Origin: Hemiscyllium ocellatum
Lineage: Eukaryota
Direction of reading: 5' to 3'
Assembly: GCF_020745735.1 (NCBI RefSeq)
Contig: NC_083440.1
Span: 13,193,138-13,257,137 of the forward strand
DNA: 64,000 nucleotides
Shown here: one piece after another, positions 25,935 through 37,800 of the stretch
How the letters are laid out: every line of letters starts with the position of its first letter
Numbering within the stretch: position 1 is the first letter of the stretch
Made by a program: the position numbers and the translations under genes
Notes under the pieces: generated by a model
The model's database searches: none
What the model saw: only the letters and a program-made list of their open reading frames with translations
Told to the model about the DNA's origin: nothing

Positions 25935-26120
25935 CACCAGTGCAGATTCTGGATATCAGAGTCGAGAGTGTGGTACTGGAAAAAGCATCGCACATCAGGC
26001 AGCATAGAGGAACAGGATAATCGACATTTCGCGCATCAGTGCTTCATTAGGAATGGATGTTCTCCTGCTCCTCGAATACTGCCTGACCTACTGTGTTTTT
26101 CCAGCACCACGCTCTCGACC
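25935..26120. mobile_element. Older palindromic Penelope-derived element (paralogs ~45005-45195, 63915-end; related half copies ~11190-11320, 32495-32610, 57945-58070, 61182-61310)
   Basis: Degenerate versions of the same inverted-repeat sequence. Confidence 0.6.
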
Positions 26121-26679
26121 CACTTTCAGACTCTGTCTATGCCTCCAAAAAACAACTTATTCACTTGTTCTCATTGTTGCATCTAACTATCCATCATTGA
26201 AACAATCACATTGTCAACATTCCTGAGCCTCCTTCTTTGGATGTACCATGCATTTTGTTTTGTTTAAGCTATTATAAATTACATGTTTCGATTTCAGTTC
26301 CTGTCTAAAATTGTGACACTTCATGTTACTTTTTCCTGTACAGTTCATGGCATGTTAATTACAATGCAAAATGGATGGTCTCTTGCCTCAAAATATCAAC
26401 GCTGCTTTCTGTACTTTGAGACTCAGCACCAACATTTGCTTTGAAAGGAATACTGAGCAATGACGCTAATTATAAAGAAAACTTTTTATACCATCCAGGA
26501 AAAAGTAATCCACTTGATTATATCTGCATTCACAAACATCCCGCCCATTCACCATTAACACTCAATTACTGCAGTGTGTGCCAGTTACAAGACGCACTGC
26601 AGAAATTCTCCAAATATCCTCAGACAGTACCCTCCAAAATGTGATCACTTCAATCTAGACAAAAGTAGCAAAGCTTACA

Positions 26680-27030
26680 AACACGCACCACCCACTGGGT
26701 GAAAAAGTTGCTGCTTCGGTCTCTTTTATACATTTCCGCTCTAACCCTAAACCTATGTCCTCTAGTTCTGGACTCCCATACACTAGTGAAAAGACTTTGC
26801 CTATTTGCACTATCCATGTGGCTCATAATCTTGTAGACCTCTATAAGGTCACCCCTCAGCCTCCGACGCTCCAGGCAAAACAGTCTCAGCCTGTTCAGCC
26901 TCTCCCAACAGCTCAAATCCTCCAACCCAGCAACATCTTTGTAAGTTTCTCTCTACCCTTTCAAGATTCACAACATCTTTCCGACAGGAAGGAGATCAGA
27001 ATTGCACGCAATATCCCAACAGTGACATAA
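26680..27030 (-). mobile_element. CR1 (HER1-like) LINE 3' fragment
   Basis: ERLNRLRLFCLERRRLRGDLIEVYKIM...RTRGHRFRVR. Confidence 0.85.
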
Positions 27031-27039
27031 ACATCCATC

Positions 27040-27190
27040 TCCGAATCAGTGCTTAGAATGAGGAGACTCTCTGAACCTCCTGTTTATCTCTGTCAGCAAG
27101 GGCTCTCCCATTGGCCCAGGTTAACAACACCAAGCAACGTTCTTATTGTAAATGAGATCCACCTAGCCCTACCCCTCTTTCCTATCACTG
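27040..27190 (-). mobile_element. LTR remnant carrying an unoccupied copy of the array junction site (paralog ~49085-49230)
   Basis: gaggagactctctgaacctcctgtttatctctgtcagc...attggcccaggttaacaacacc. Confidence 0.6.
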
Positions 27191-27354
27191 TGAGGCCAAC
27201 TTTATACAATTAAATTCGAGATCCATTATTTGCATTTTATGACGTTGCAGTCTCCGTCACGCATTCTACAGGTTGGCTGAGCGAGTGGACAGTCAAAGTT
27301 AAAGAGCCAGTCACTGTGTCAGAGGCACAACAGCCAAGATTGATAGACTGGGTC

Positions 27355-27585
27355 AGGGAAAAATAGACAGATGCAGATATACAGAGAATTACACAGAGAG
27401 AGACAGAGAAAACAATTCAAGACGAGACAGAGATGGGCAGATAGAGAGAGAAAAGATGAAAAGAGAGTGAAAGAGAAAGACGGAGGGAGAACACAGATAT
27501 AGATTGAGACAGAAAAAGAAATGATTAAAATCACAGATACACAGAATGAGAGAGAGAAAGAGACAGAAAAGAAAGGGAACTGGAA
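27355..27585 (+). repeat. AG-rich low-complexity tract (paralogs 1-110, ~49395-49625; second tract 515-735, 28030-28245, 50075-50290)
   Basis: Strong purine bias and degenerate (GA)n. Confidence 0.7.
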
Positions 27586-28534
27586 ACATGTAGATCAGTG
27601 ACGTTTCAAAGGAGTCAGTGTCAAGTCAAGTTTTCATTTGTCATTTAAATAAATGATTTGCATATTGAAAGTATGGTTCATAATTTCCGGATTACACTAT
27701 GATAGGTGATATAATGACAGTGAAGAAAGTTATCGAATATTGCAAACAGATCTTGATGAATTAGGTCAATGGGCTGGGTAGTGGAAAGTAGAGTTTAATC
27801 TGGTTAAATGTAAAGTGTTACATTTTGAAAAAAAAAACAAGAGTTATAGAGCTAAACGTAGGGCCTTGGTTCTATTTTAAAAGGCAATTAGATAAGTACA
27901 TGAATAAGAAATGCTTGGAAGGATATCGACCATGTGCAGCCGGGTGGAATGATTTTAGTTTGGATTATACTTAACAATGACTGATTGAACCAAAGGGTAT
28001 GTTTCCGTGCCAAATCACTCTGTAACACAAAGATAGAGAGAATTGGAGCGACAATCAGAGAAAGAGGGAGAAATCCAAACACACAGAGTCAGGTCGAGAG
28101 AATAATAGATTTGCAAGAGAAAAGAGAGTGAGACAAAGACAGATAGAAAAATGAAGCACTGATGCACAGACACAAGCAGAAGGGAAGAGAGAGTTCAGAA
28201 AATGAAGCACAGACAGACACTGTGAAAAAAATAAAGAGAGGGGGATAATGTTCACCATTTACAATTCAATAACTGACTGCCAACAGAAAAGGAATGGGCA
28301 TTTACCAGTTTTATTTCAATACGGATAATAATTTGAAAAACAAAGAAACACCTTCAATCTTGGCAGGATAAAACTAACACTTTGTTTGCAAATTAACGTG
28401 ATCACAATTGTCTTTTATTGCCTCAGTCCTAAGTATATATATTTTTTAACGACGGAAGGGAGTCAATTCTGTGATTTCCAATTACAGAGAAAAGCATTGT
28501 GATGAAGTTGTAACTTTCATGTGATCGCACCCGT

Positions 28535-28970
28535 TTTAAATTAAATACTCTGCAAACGTATCAGCATCTTTCACCGAGTGGATGGTTTTTTGGGTGCACC
28601 AGACATATGTCTTGATGTATGTCCTGGGGAACAGACCGTAGAGCGCAGTGTCCTCTCTCACCGAGATACTTGGGACATCCCTCGACAAAAACCATTGTAT
28701 TTTCCTCCAGACCTCCGTTGCAAAGGTACATCCCAGCAGGGGACGTGTGCCAGTCTGCTCACCCCACCCCATGCACTGTCTTCAGGCAGCATATGGAGGC
28801 ACGGGCAGACCGGGTGGAGATGAAGAGTCTCTCAGATAGTGCCTTTCTCACCACCAGTGAAGCAATACCCTGATGCATATTGCAAAGGGCCATTTTACCA
28901 GAATTCTGCCAAAGGACTTTGAAATTCTGTTGAGGGAACAATGTGACAGGATCATCCCTCTCGTTTCCCT
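28535..28970 (-). mobile_element. Tx1-like ORF2 remnant, unit 2
   Basis: LLGCTFATEVWRKIQWFLSR...LYGLFP...KTIHSVKDA. Confidence 0.65.
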
Positions 28971-29014
28971 AGGGAAAGATTTTCTTTCCAAACGATCCAA
29001 CTTTGCAACAATGT

Positions 29015-29395
29015 GTAGAGTAGGGGGCTGAGTACGTACCCCTGGGGAGCTCCAGTCATGAGTTTTTGTGAGGGTGAAATATTGTCGCCAGTCTACTGAT
29101 TGTAGCCAGAGGGTCAGGAGACTGAAGATCCATTTGCAGTAATTGGGGTTTAGTCTGAGATCACTACTTTTTGTAATCATGGGATAACAGTGCAGTCAAT
29201 GAATAGGATTCTTACGGATCTGTTCTTGGTGTCAAGATGTTCTAAGGAGGATTGAATGGCAAGTTATATGGCAACTGAGGAGGATCTTTTGCTCTGACAT
29301 TCAAATTGGAGTTGGTCAAGAGTCGTGGCGAGGGTGGAGCTGATTAATGCTATTACCAGCTTTTCCAAGCACTTTATGACCACCAAAGGTTGTCC
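29015..29395 (-). mobile_element. Rex1/Babar-type LINE remnant, unit 2 (truncated by deletions)
   Basis: Paralogous to 4335-4720. Confidence 0.65.
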
Positions 29396-30050
29396 ACTGG
29401 ATGTTTATTTCGATTGCTTCTGATTTGGAAGCTGCTAAGCAATTCAACTTCCAAGGCAGCTGTAGATAGGATTTCCAGGCTGTGCAGTCACTTGCAGCCT
29501 ACGAGTTCTTTTACTCATTCAAGGCGAGTTGGACTCTTTCATTGTCAAAAGTACACATTCCAGCAGCAACTAGAATGGCTTGCTAGCTCTGATCATGCTT
29601 GAAATGTGTTTAAGATTTGTCCAAGTTTTGGCTTTGTTTTGGGTTTTTGGTGTGAGCTGACCTGGTGTCCATCTGCTCACGACATGTCCTGAGGAGATGC
29701 AATTGCGTTCACTCAAGGTTTATTCCCAAAGCCCAGTTGGTCTGGGAAGACTGTCCACTGATATGTTCCACTTACCACTTTTGGAATAGCTGTTTGAAGT
29801 CTAGTCGTATTTCAGCGAGTAGATGCTTTTGCATGAATACATCACGAATCTCAATCCCATCGTCGATGAAATACTTCCATCGACGTCAGTATCCCGTAAT
29901 CAAGTCACTTTTACTTTAGCGTGTAAAGTACTTGACACTGGTTCACTTTCCTCAGAACCAGCTCTCAGAGTGAACAGATCCCCTGAAACTTTTCATTGTA
30001 TCTGTCGATCAGGGATTGGATCAGGTTAACAGCACCAATCAGTGAACTCA
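29396..30050 (-). mobile_element. Gypsy remnant plus LTR, unit 2 copy
   Basis: Paralogous to 6250-6910. Confidence 0.65.
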
Positions 30051-30934
30051 ATCAATACACTACCCACATTCTAGTTGGTATTCAAACTCATCAGCAGTCG
30101 GCACCCGACATACCAGGAACTTTGGCACCCGAACCACATTACATTCGATTAAAATGATGCCCGCCATCATTCCCCACCGAGCAGCTTACTATTACAGAAC
30201 TGTTAAATCACACTGACTTTATGCATTACAAGGCAGTTATAGCCAGGAATGATCTGTCAAAATGGAAGTACAATTTCCACATTCCTGAGGGTAATCCTGA
30301 ATGGAATCTCCACTCAGAAATGCATAGCTTCGTTCTTTCATCAGAAAGGAAGTGGCCTGAGTCGCAACCCGTGTTGCATTCTCATTCACTAGCAAACCTG
30401 CCCTGGCATTTTTTCTTTAATTTAAAAGGCGATAATGAAGGAAAACGTTGAATCTCAGTATGAGACAGAATAGTTTTACTGAAAGCTGGAGCGTTTTGTT
30501 CTGTCTCTAGAAAATATTTCAAAATCAATCTTTTACATCTAACTTTTTTTTTCTGCTATGTACATGATGTTGTTCGACGTACCTTTGTACCTAAGATGCC
30601 CCCAGAAATGTTGGCAGTTTGCACTTTTCACTGTACTCCTGCATTTCTGCACTTGAGTACGCATGACAATCAAAACAAATTGAAATTCTCAATGAAGTAG
30701 TGGTATTTAATTTTTAAAAAACAGATTCTATTCTGCAATAATTCTCTGAGGGAAATGGTTAATTTCCTGCTTACTCAGGCGACTGCAACTAATGCAATTA
30801 GTGATTCAAAAACATTTAATGTCTCACTGGACATATAATTGTCAAATAAAATGAGGTTGTGCTCACAATATTATCATATTTTGGTGGATAGAATTATTGA
30901 CTCCACGGATACAGACAGACCTGACTGGGACAGA

Positions 30935-31004
30935 ATGAAATACTCAGCAATCTTCCAGACAGCCCGTATATACTACCCGATACTTGCAGCTGTTGGCGTT
31001 ATTG
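30935..31004 (+). CDS. GPR139-like GPCR copy B, coding exon 1 (possible in-frame extension from ATG 30851)
   Basis: MKYSAIFQTARIYYPILAAVGVI followed by G|gtaagt. Paralogous to 7793-7862. Confidence 0.85.
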
Positions 31005-34000
31005 GTAAGTCCATAAATCCAATTATGTTTCTGTAAACAAAAACAGAAGGTGCTGGAACTGATCAGCACGTATACTAGCATTTGTGAAGAGAAATCAGAA
31101 ATAACATTTCAGGTATGTAACCCTTTCAAATAACTTCTCCAGCAACTCGAATTTTGAGTCAGATTTGCAGTATCCGGAGTTTTTGTGATTTTTATGTTTG
31201 TGTAAAACCTACTTACCTCTCTCAATCTTTATTGAAATTTGTCAAATTTTCCCTGTCTTTGGTTATTTCCCATCTTTGCATTCTTACTGATTTCACGAGT
31301 AGTTCATTTGTATTGTTTTTCCTTCCGTCTGATGAAGCCGGGACTTTTTTGAAAAAAAATGTTTTACGCTGTATTTAGTATTCAGAGCATGCTGATTTAG
31401 CATTCATTCCCCATCTCAAGTTACACTTCAGAAGGCGGTTGTGAGCTTCCTTCTAAAGCCTTTGCAGACCATTTGGTGTTATATCATCCAACTTGAGTCA
31501 TGAAGCACGGAAATAGACGCTTCGGTCCATCTCTTCCATGCTTACTTGTGAGCATCAAATATTGTTTACGACTTGTCCATAACATCATCAGGACATTAGC
31601 AATAGCAACAGAATGGGTCTATGTGGCATGGCAAATCTGCTCCACTATTCGGTCGTGGCTGATATAATTCCTAATCCTGTTCATCTGCTTTCTTCATGCA
31701 TCCTTTGATTTCCTCATTCATCAACAAACTGTTTATTTCTCCACAGCCTTCCTGTGGTAATGACCTCCACAGATTTACCATATTCTCGCTAAACAAATTA
31801 TTCCTCATCTCAGTTCTTAAGGCTTGTCCTTTCACCCTGAGCCTGTCGCCTTGGAACCTGCTCGGTCCTATTTTGGAAACGCCTTCTCCATGTCCACTCA
31901 ATCCATGTCTGTTAGCGGAGTGTACGTTTGAGTCAGATTCCCCGTTATATTTATAAACCCCACTGCATACAGGTCAAGAGTTCTCAAACCCTCCTCATAT
32001 GCCAAACTTCGCATCTACAAAATTATTCCTGTGAATCTACTCTGAGCCCCCTCCAAGTTTAATACATCCTTCGGTAGACAGGGCGCCCAAAACTGCGCAC
32101 AATATCTTATGCCACGTGATAAATGTCCATTAAATGGTGCCTGAAACTAATGAGTACATGGAACTTTCGCATTTATTCCGTATGTGAGTTGGTTACATGA
32201 TCCATTTAGTTCACGATGTGTTTGTCCTTTTCTGATAATTGCAATAATTTTCTAGCATTTGTTAATATGGGAAGGTATATTTTCTGCTTCCTTGTCCTCT
32301 GTCCAATTTTTTATTGTTTGATTGTTTATCAAAGGGCAATGATTTGCGCAAGATGGAACATAGAACTGTACATTATAAAACACAGCAATGTGAATTGAAT
32401 TCAATCCGAACCATCAGATTAGCAGCACCGTGTCCTGCACCTATAATGACTGCAGCCAATGGTTCTGACTGCTGTGAACTTGTATAAACCGAACTCCTGA
32501 TGAAGGCATCATAACCAAAACGTTGATTCTCTTGCTCCTCAGGCGCTACCTGACATGCTGCGCTTTTCCACCACCACACTCTCGACTCTGATCTGCAGCC
32601 CTCACTTTCTTCTTCTTAAGTAAATAATTACACAGCATGATGCCTGGGACGAGTTAAATTGTCCATCTGCAAAGTTTATTGAAATTTATTGAAACTGATT
32701 TAAATGTTTTCCGGTTTAACTTCTCAGAGAGAGAGAGATAAAGTTCATTTACGCAAGTTAACATCATCATTTTATCAAATATATGTTCTCCTCTCAAAAT
32801 AGATCAACAGGGTAACGTGTTCCATGAGATTGATCTTTGTTTATCGGCAGGTCTGCCATTTCAGTACTTTCATACCCCCGAAATTTGATTCGAAAGGACA
32901 GTACACAGAATCATAGGATGCCAATGGTGTGGAAGCAGGCCATTCGGCCCACTGAGTCTACACCAATCCTCCTCAGAATATCCAACACAGAATTCAACCC
33001 CTGCCAAACATATTCCCGTACTTTTGCTTTTCATATGGCTAAGCCACCTTCAAATTCTGAGAGATGATGGGATGACTTGCCATGGCCATACAACCTGTCC
33101 TGTACGTCTTTGGCCTGAAGGAGGAAACCGGAGCACTTGGAGGTGAGAACATTCAACCTCCACACATTGACGCCCGAAGGTGGGATGAATCCGGGTGCAT
33201 GGCGCTGTAAGGCAGCAATGTAAACCACTGAGCCACTGTGCAACTCCCAAGCAGTTTACGGCTGTTTCCTTCTCCTCCCGACATCATAGGTTCCATTTCT
33301 GAATGTGGTCCGCCCTGCTTTCTTCTTGTAGTTGTGCCCTCTGCTGTTTTTAGACGTTTAACAGTTCAAAGATTGAAAACGGTATTTTGTTTCTTTCGAA
33401 GCTCTTCGTCTCATATGTTGATCTTCTCCAAAAGTTAAATTTTCCTCACTCATCCATGATCCATATAAATTCGAGTATGACATAAGAACATAGGAGACAG
33501 AAGCAGAAATAACCTGATGGCTGTTTGATAAGGTCATGGTTCATCTGCCTCAAGTCACAACAACTCTTCAGTTCCAGTTCCACAAAGCACTCAACTCCCT
33601 GATATTTCAAACATTTGTCGATCTCTGCTTAGAATACATTTACTGATCTAACTTGCAAACTTTTCTTGGCAGAGAACTCCTGATATTCCGTATCCTCTGA
33701 GAAAAGAACATCATTTGATGCATTGTTTGGAATTTTGCAGATGGCACCAGCATTGTTCGTATAGCACACTATGAGCGTTATCTAAGATTGGAAAGGGCTG
33801 AACTGGGTCACTTGGCCGAGTAGTGACGGATGGAACTTAATTTAGATTAATGCCAGGTGTTGCATTTTTGTAAGGTGAACAAGGGAAGGGCTTTTTTTAA
33901 TTCATAGAAGAACACTGGGTAGTGCTGTCAAACAGAGAGAGATATCAAGGTTCAGTTACATATTTGTTTTCATGCTATGTCGCAGGTATGCAGGCTGGTA

Positions 34001-34809
34001 AAGAAGGCGTCTGGAATGCTTCATAGCTCATATCATGGTGTAGAGATATTTGGATGTCATACTGTTTTTGCTTGGGACGTTGGTGAGTCCATTTTCGGAA
34101 TACTGTGTGCAGTCCTGGTCATCTGCGATCCAAGGAATAGTATTACTTTAGTTTTAGTTGATAATTATCAGCATGTTCGAGGTATGGAGACTTTGAGTTA
34201 TGAGGATAGGCTGAATAGTCAGGAGTTATTTTTTTCTCCAGCGTAAGAGACTGAGAGGTAACAGAATAGAGGTTATAAAATCTTCAGTACAAAGGGTAAG
34301 GCGAATAATAAAGGTATTTTCTCTCAGGTGTTCTGGGGGCAGTCAAAACGAGAGACCGTAATTTTAAAGAGAAAGGAGCAAGATTTAAAACAGAACAAAG
34401 GGGCAGGTTTATCATACAGAGGGTGGTTCATATGTGGAATGAGCAACCAGAGAATGTGGAGGATGCAGGAAGAGTTCCAATATTTAAAAGATATTTACGC
34501 AGGTCTACAGACAGGAAAGGTTCAGAGGGAAACTCGTAATTCGCCGGAAAATAGGACTACTTTAATTTGCGAAACCCAGTTGGTGTGGCTAATTTGGACT
34601 GAAAGTTCTGTTACTCTGTGGTATGACTCTATGATTGAAAAGTAAAAAATAAGATGTTTCACATCAGGAAACAGATTAAAGAACGCCAGTAATTAGATGA
34701 TGGATCCATCAGTAATTCACCCATTATTTACGCATGCATAAGACATCGCATGTTTTTGTTTTTGTTTCCTCGGAGCCAACTCTCAGAGTGGACTGAAATC
34801 CTGAGCTTC

Positions 34810-37800
34810 CTGTTTATTATTTTTTAAATCAGGTTTCCCCACCACCAAAAAATGGAGCAGAAACCAACTGCAATAGTAACACACTGCCCAGGCAGCACAG
34901 AGTCAGTCCCCTAAACTGAGACGACCTCTGAAACACGTGTATTTTTTGTTTTTTTATTAAACAAAGTACAAAACAGTTCACAAAAAACAGTTAACATTTA
35001 CAGCTGCATACCACAGCAATTTTACAAGGGGAGAGGAGCAGCAAAGCCCATTCCCAAACCCTACCGTTCAAAAAGTTTACAGGGAGATGAGGACAAACCT
35101 CAAATCCCACTTTCATATATATAAGATAGCGACAATGACATTTGTACATCAAAGGACATTCCAGTATAAAAAGTGCATGCAATACAGACCCTGCAATGCC
35201 CCTGTCCCTCCCACCTTCCGACCAATCAAAGGCAACCCGCCCGACACACCTCCCGACTCTCGGCTCTCTCCTTGCTCCTTCCAGTTCTCGGTCCGCCCTG
35301 ACACACCTTTCGATCACCACGAGGAGAGCCAGGCTCGGTACCCGCTGGGGCTGTCAGCAGTCAGGACAGCCTATCCACCTTCCGGCTTCATTAAACCCCC
35401 TCAGCACCTTTCGACCACCGCTGGAGCAGCCCGCCCAGGTACCCTGCCCGGGGTGATTGTGGTGAGGACGGCTACCAGCCTACTGGTTCTCGGCCTGCCC
35501 CTAAAGGGCTCTCACCCACCCACTCAGTCTGGCCACTGAGCTATCCTGGCACAATTTCCGGCCACCTCTAGAACAGCCCGTCCTGATTACCCCTTCTCGG
35601 GAAGACAGCGCACAGAACGGCCTACCCACCATATGGCTCTTGGGGCGACTGGCATCAAGGTGGCATTTGCGACAACCTACCAACCGTCAGGTTCACAGGA
35701 CGGCCTACCCTCTCTCCGGCTCCCGGGGTGACAGCCTTCAGTTTAACCCATGAGCCTTCCAGCTCACAGTAAGGCCTGCCAGTCCCAGGGACACACAAGA
35801 CAGTGCAGGTGATAGACCCAGCAAACACCACAATACCAATTAATTAATTACCAAAAAAACACAGAGTTCTTTCTGATGCACAGAGTTCAGTTGTCGAATC
35901 TTCTCAATGTAGAGTCCATTCTCAGGAATGGAGTCTACTCCAGTTGTTGTGGTGCGTTGTCCAAAATGGAGTCCACTCCATGCTGCAGAGTCCACTCCTG
36001 AAGACAGCAAATGCACACCCCACAGCACACAGGTGTTCAGTCTCGCTGGAGTCCGAGCCCATCCTTGAAAAACCAGGCCCACTCATTGGAACATAGTATA
36101 TTTTACAGGTGCAGTTAACTCACTGGGGTTTTGGTCCACTCCTGAAGGCAAGGTCTTCTCCAAGATTCCACAATACAATAAGTACTTTCCTCCCAGCACA
36201 CAAATGTTTTAATCATCAGAGGCCCAGTCCCAGGGCTAGGCCTCCCCACAGGAACAGCACGTGTGGTAAAATATGTCTTCTACAAGGGCTCAGTCCAAAC
36301 ACAAAAGTCAGTGAGGATACATACAAAAAACCAAAGGAAACTAGAGTCCAAGGGCTAAGCCCTACCACAAAATTAACATTATCCTTTTCTCAGAAAGTAG
36401 AAAAGAGTAACACACAGGCTGTAAGCAGCCATTGAAATAACAATCCCACAAGGCGAACTGAGTTGCACCTGAAACCCATTATGTGCATCGGGAGTTTAAC
36501 AATCAATCCACACTAAAAGGAATGCCAATTAACAAACTAGCTAAGTAATTCAGCCAGTTCAGGAATCAGGTTCCCGCCTCTAAAAAAAAAGGAGGGGAAA
36601 CAGAAACTAACAGGAACACACTGACTGTCGCACCAGCCAGCACAGAGTCAGTCTAATAAACTGAGGAGACTCTGAATCTCCTGTTTTTTTTATTTTAATA
36701 AACAAAGTACAAATGCTTACAAAATCATTTGCAGCTGTATACAACAGACAGCAATTTTACAAGGGAGAGGAGCAGCAAAGCTAGGCCCCAAACCATACCG
36801 TTCAACCATTTTACAGGGAGATGAGGACAAACCTCAGACCTCAAATCCCAGTTCCACATATGACAGGACAGTGACAATGATATTTGTACATTAGACAATA
36901 CTGTTACATACAAAAGTGCAGACCATACAGACCCAGCAAGCCCCTCTCCGTCCCACCTAATAAACTGCTTATTATATTCAATAAATTACAATAACAGTTT
37001 ACAACAAACATTTACATTTACATCTGCATCAAAGAGACAGCAATTTTACAAGGGAGAGGAGCAGCAAAGCTAGGCCTCAATCCCAACCGTTCGAACAGTT
37101 TACAGGGACATAAGGACAAACCTCAAATCCTGGTTTCACAGATAAAAACATAAAGAGATATCAACAAAGATATTTGCACATTAGACAACACTAGTACATA
37201 CAAAAGTGCACACAATACAGACACCCGACCCCCACAGCTCCCACCTTCCGACCACTATAAGGCAGCCCTCCTCGACCCAACTTCGGTCCACTCCATGCCC
37301 CTTCCAGTTCTCGGTCCACCCTGACATCCCTTTTGACCACCTCAGGGGCATCCATCAGGATGGCCTGCCCACCTTCTGGCTTCACTAAGCACCCTCAGCA
37401 CCTTTCGACCCCCTCTGTGGTCGGCTGCCCCGGCACCTGCCCGGGGTGACAGCGCTGAGGACAGCTACATGCCCTCTGGCTCTCGGTCTGCATCTATGTA
37501 ACATTTGCCTCTCACCCACCCTGATGCGCCTCCCACCAGTGGGCTTTCCTGGTACACCTTTCGGCCACCTCTAGGACAGCCTGTCCCTTCCCTGGGACGA
37601 CAGCGTGTAGGGTAGCCCACAGGCCTTCCGGATCTCAGCCCAGCCCTATGCGCCTTCTGGCTCTTGGGTGCTCTGACACCTTTCGACCACTTCGGGGACA
37701 GCCCGTCCCGATTACCCCTTCTCGGGACGACAGCGCTCAGAACGGCTTACCCACCATCTGGCTCTCGGTGCAACTGGCATCAGAGTGGCCTACCCATCCA

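Larger units (their letters stand above)
1..27473 (+). repeat. Tandem segmental duplication unit 1 (phase set by window start)
   Basis: agaaagacggagggagaacacag occurs at 1, 27474 and 49515, and the order of TE remnants and exons after it is collinear. Confidence 0.92.
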
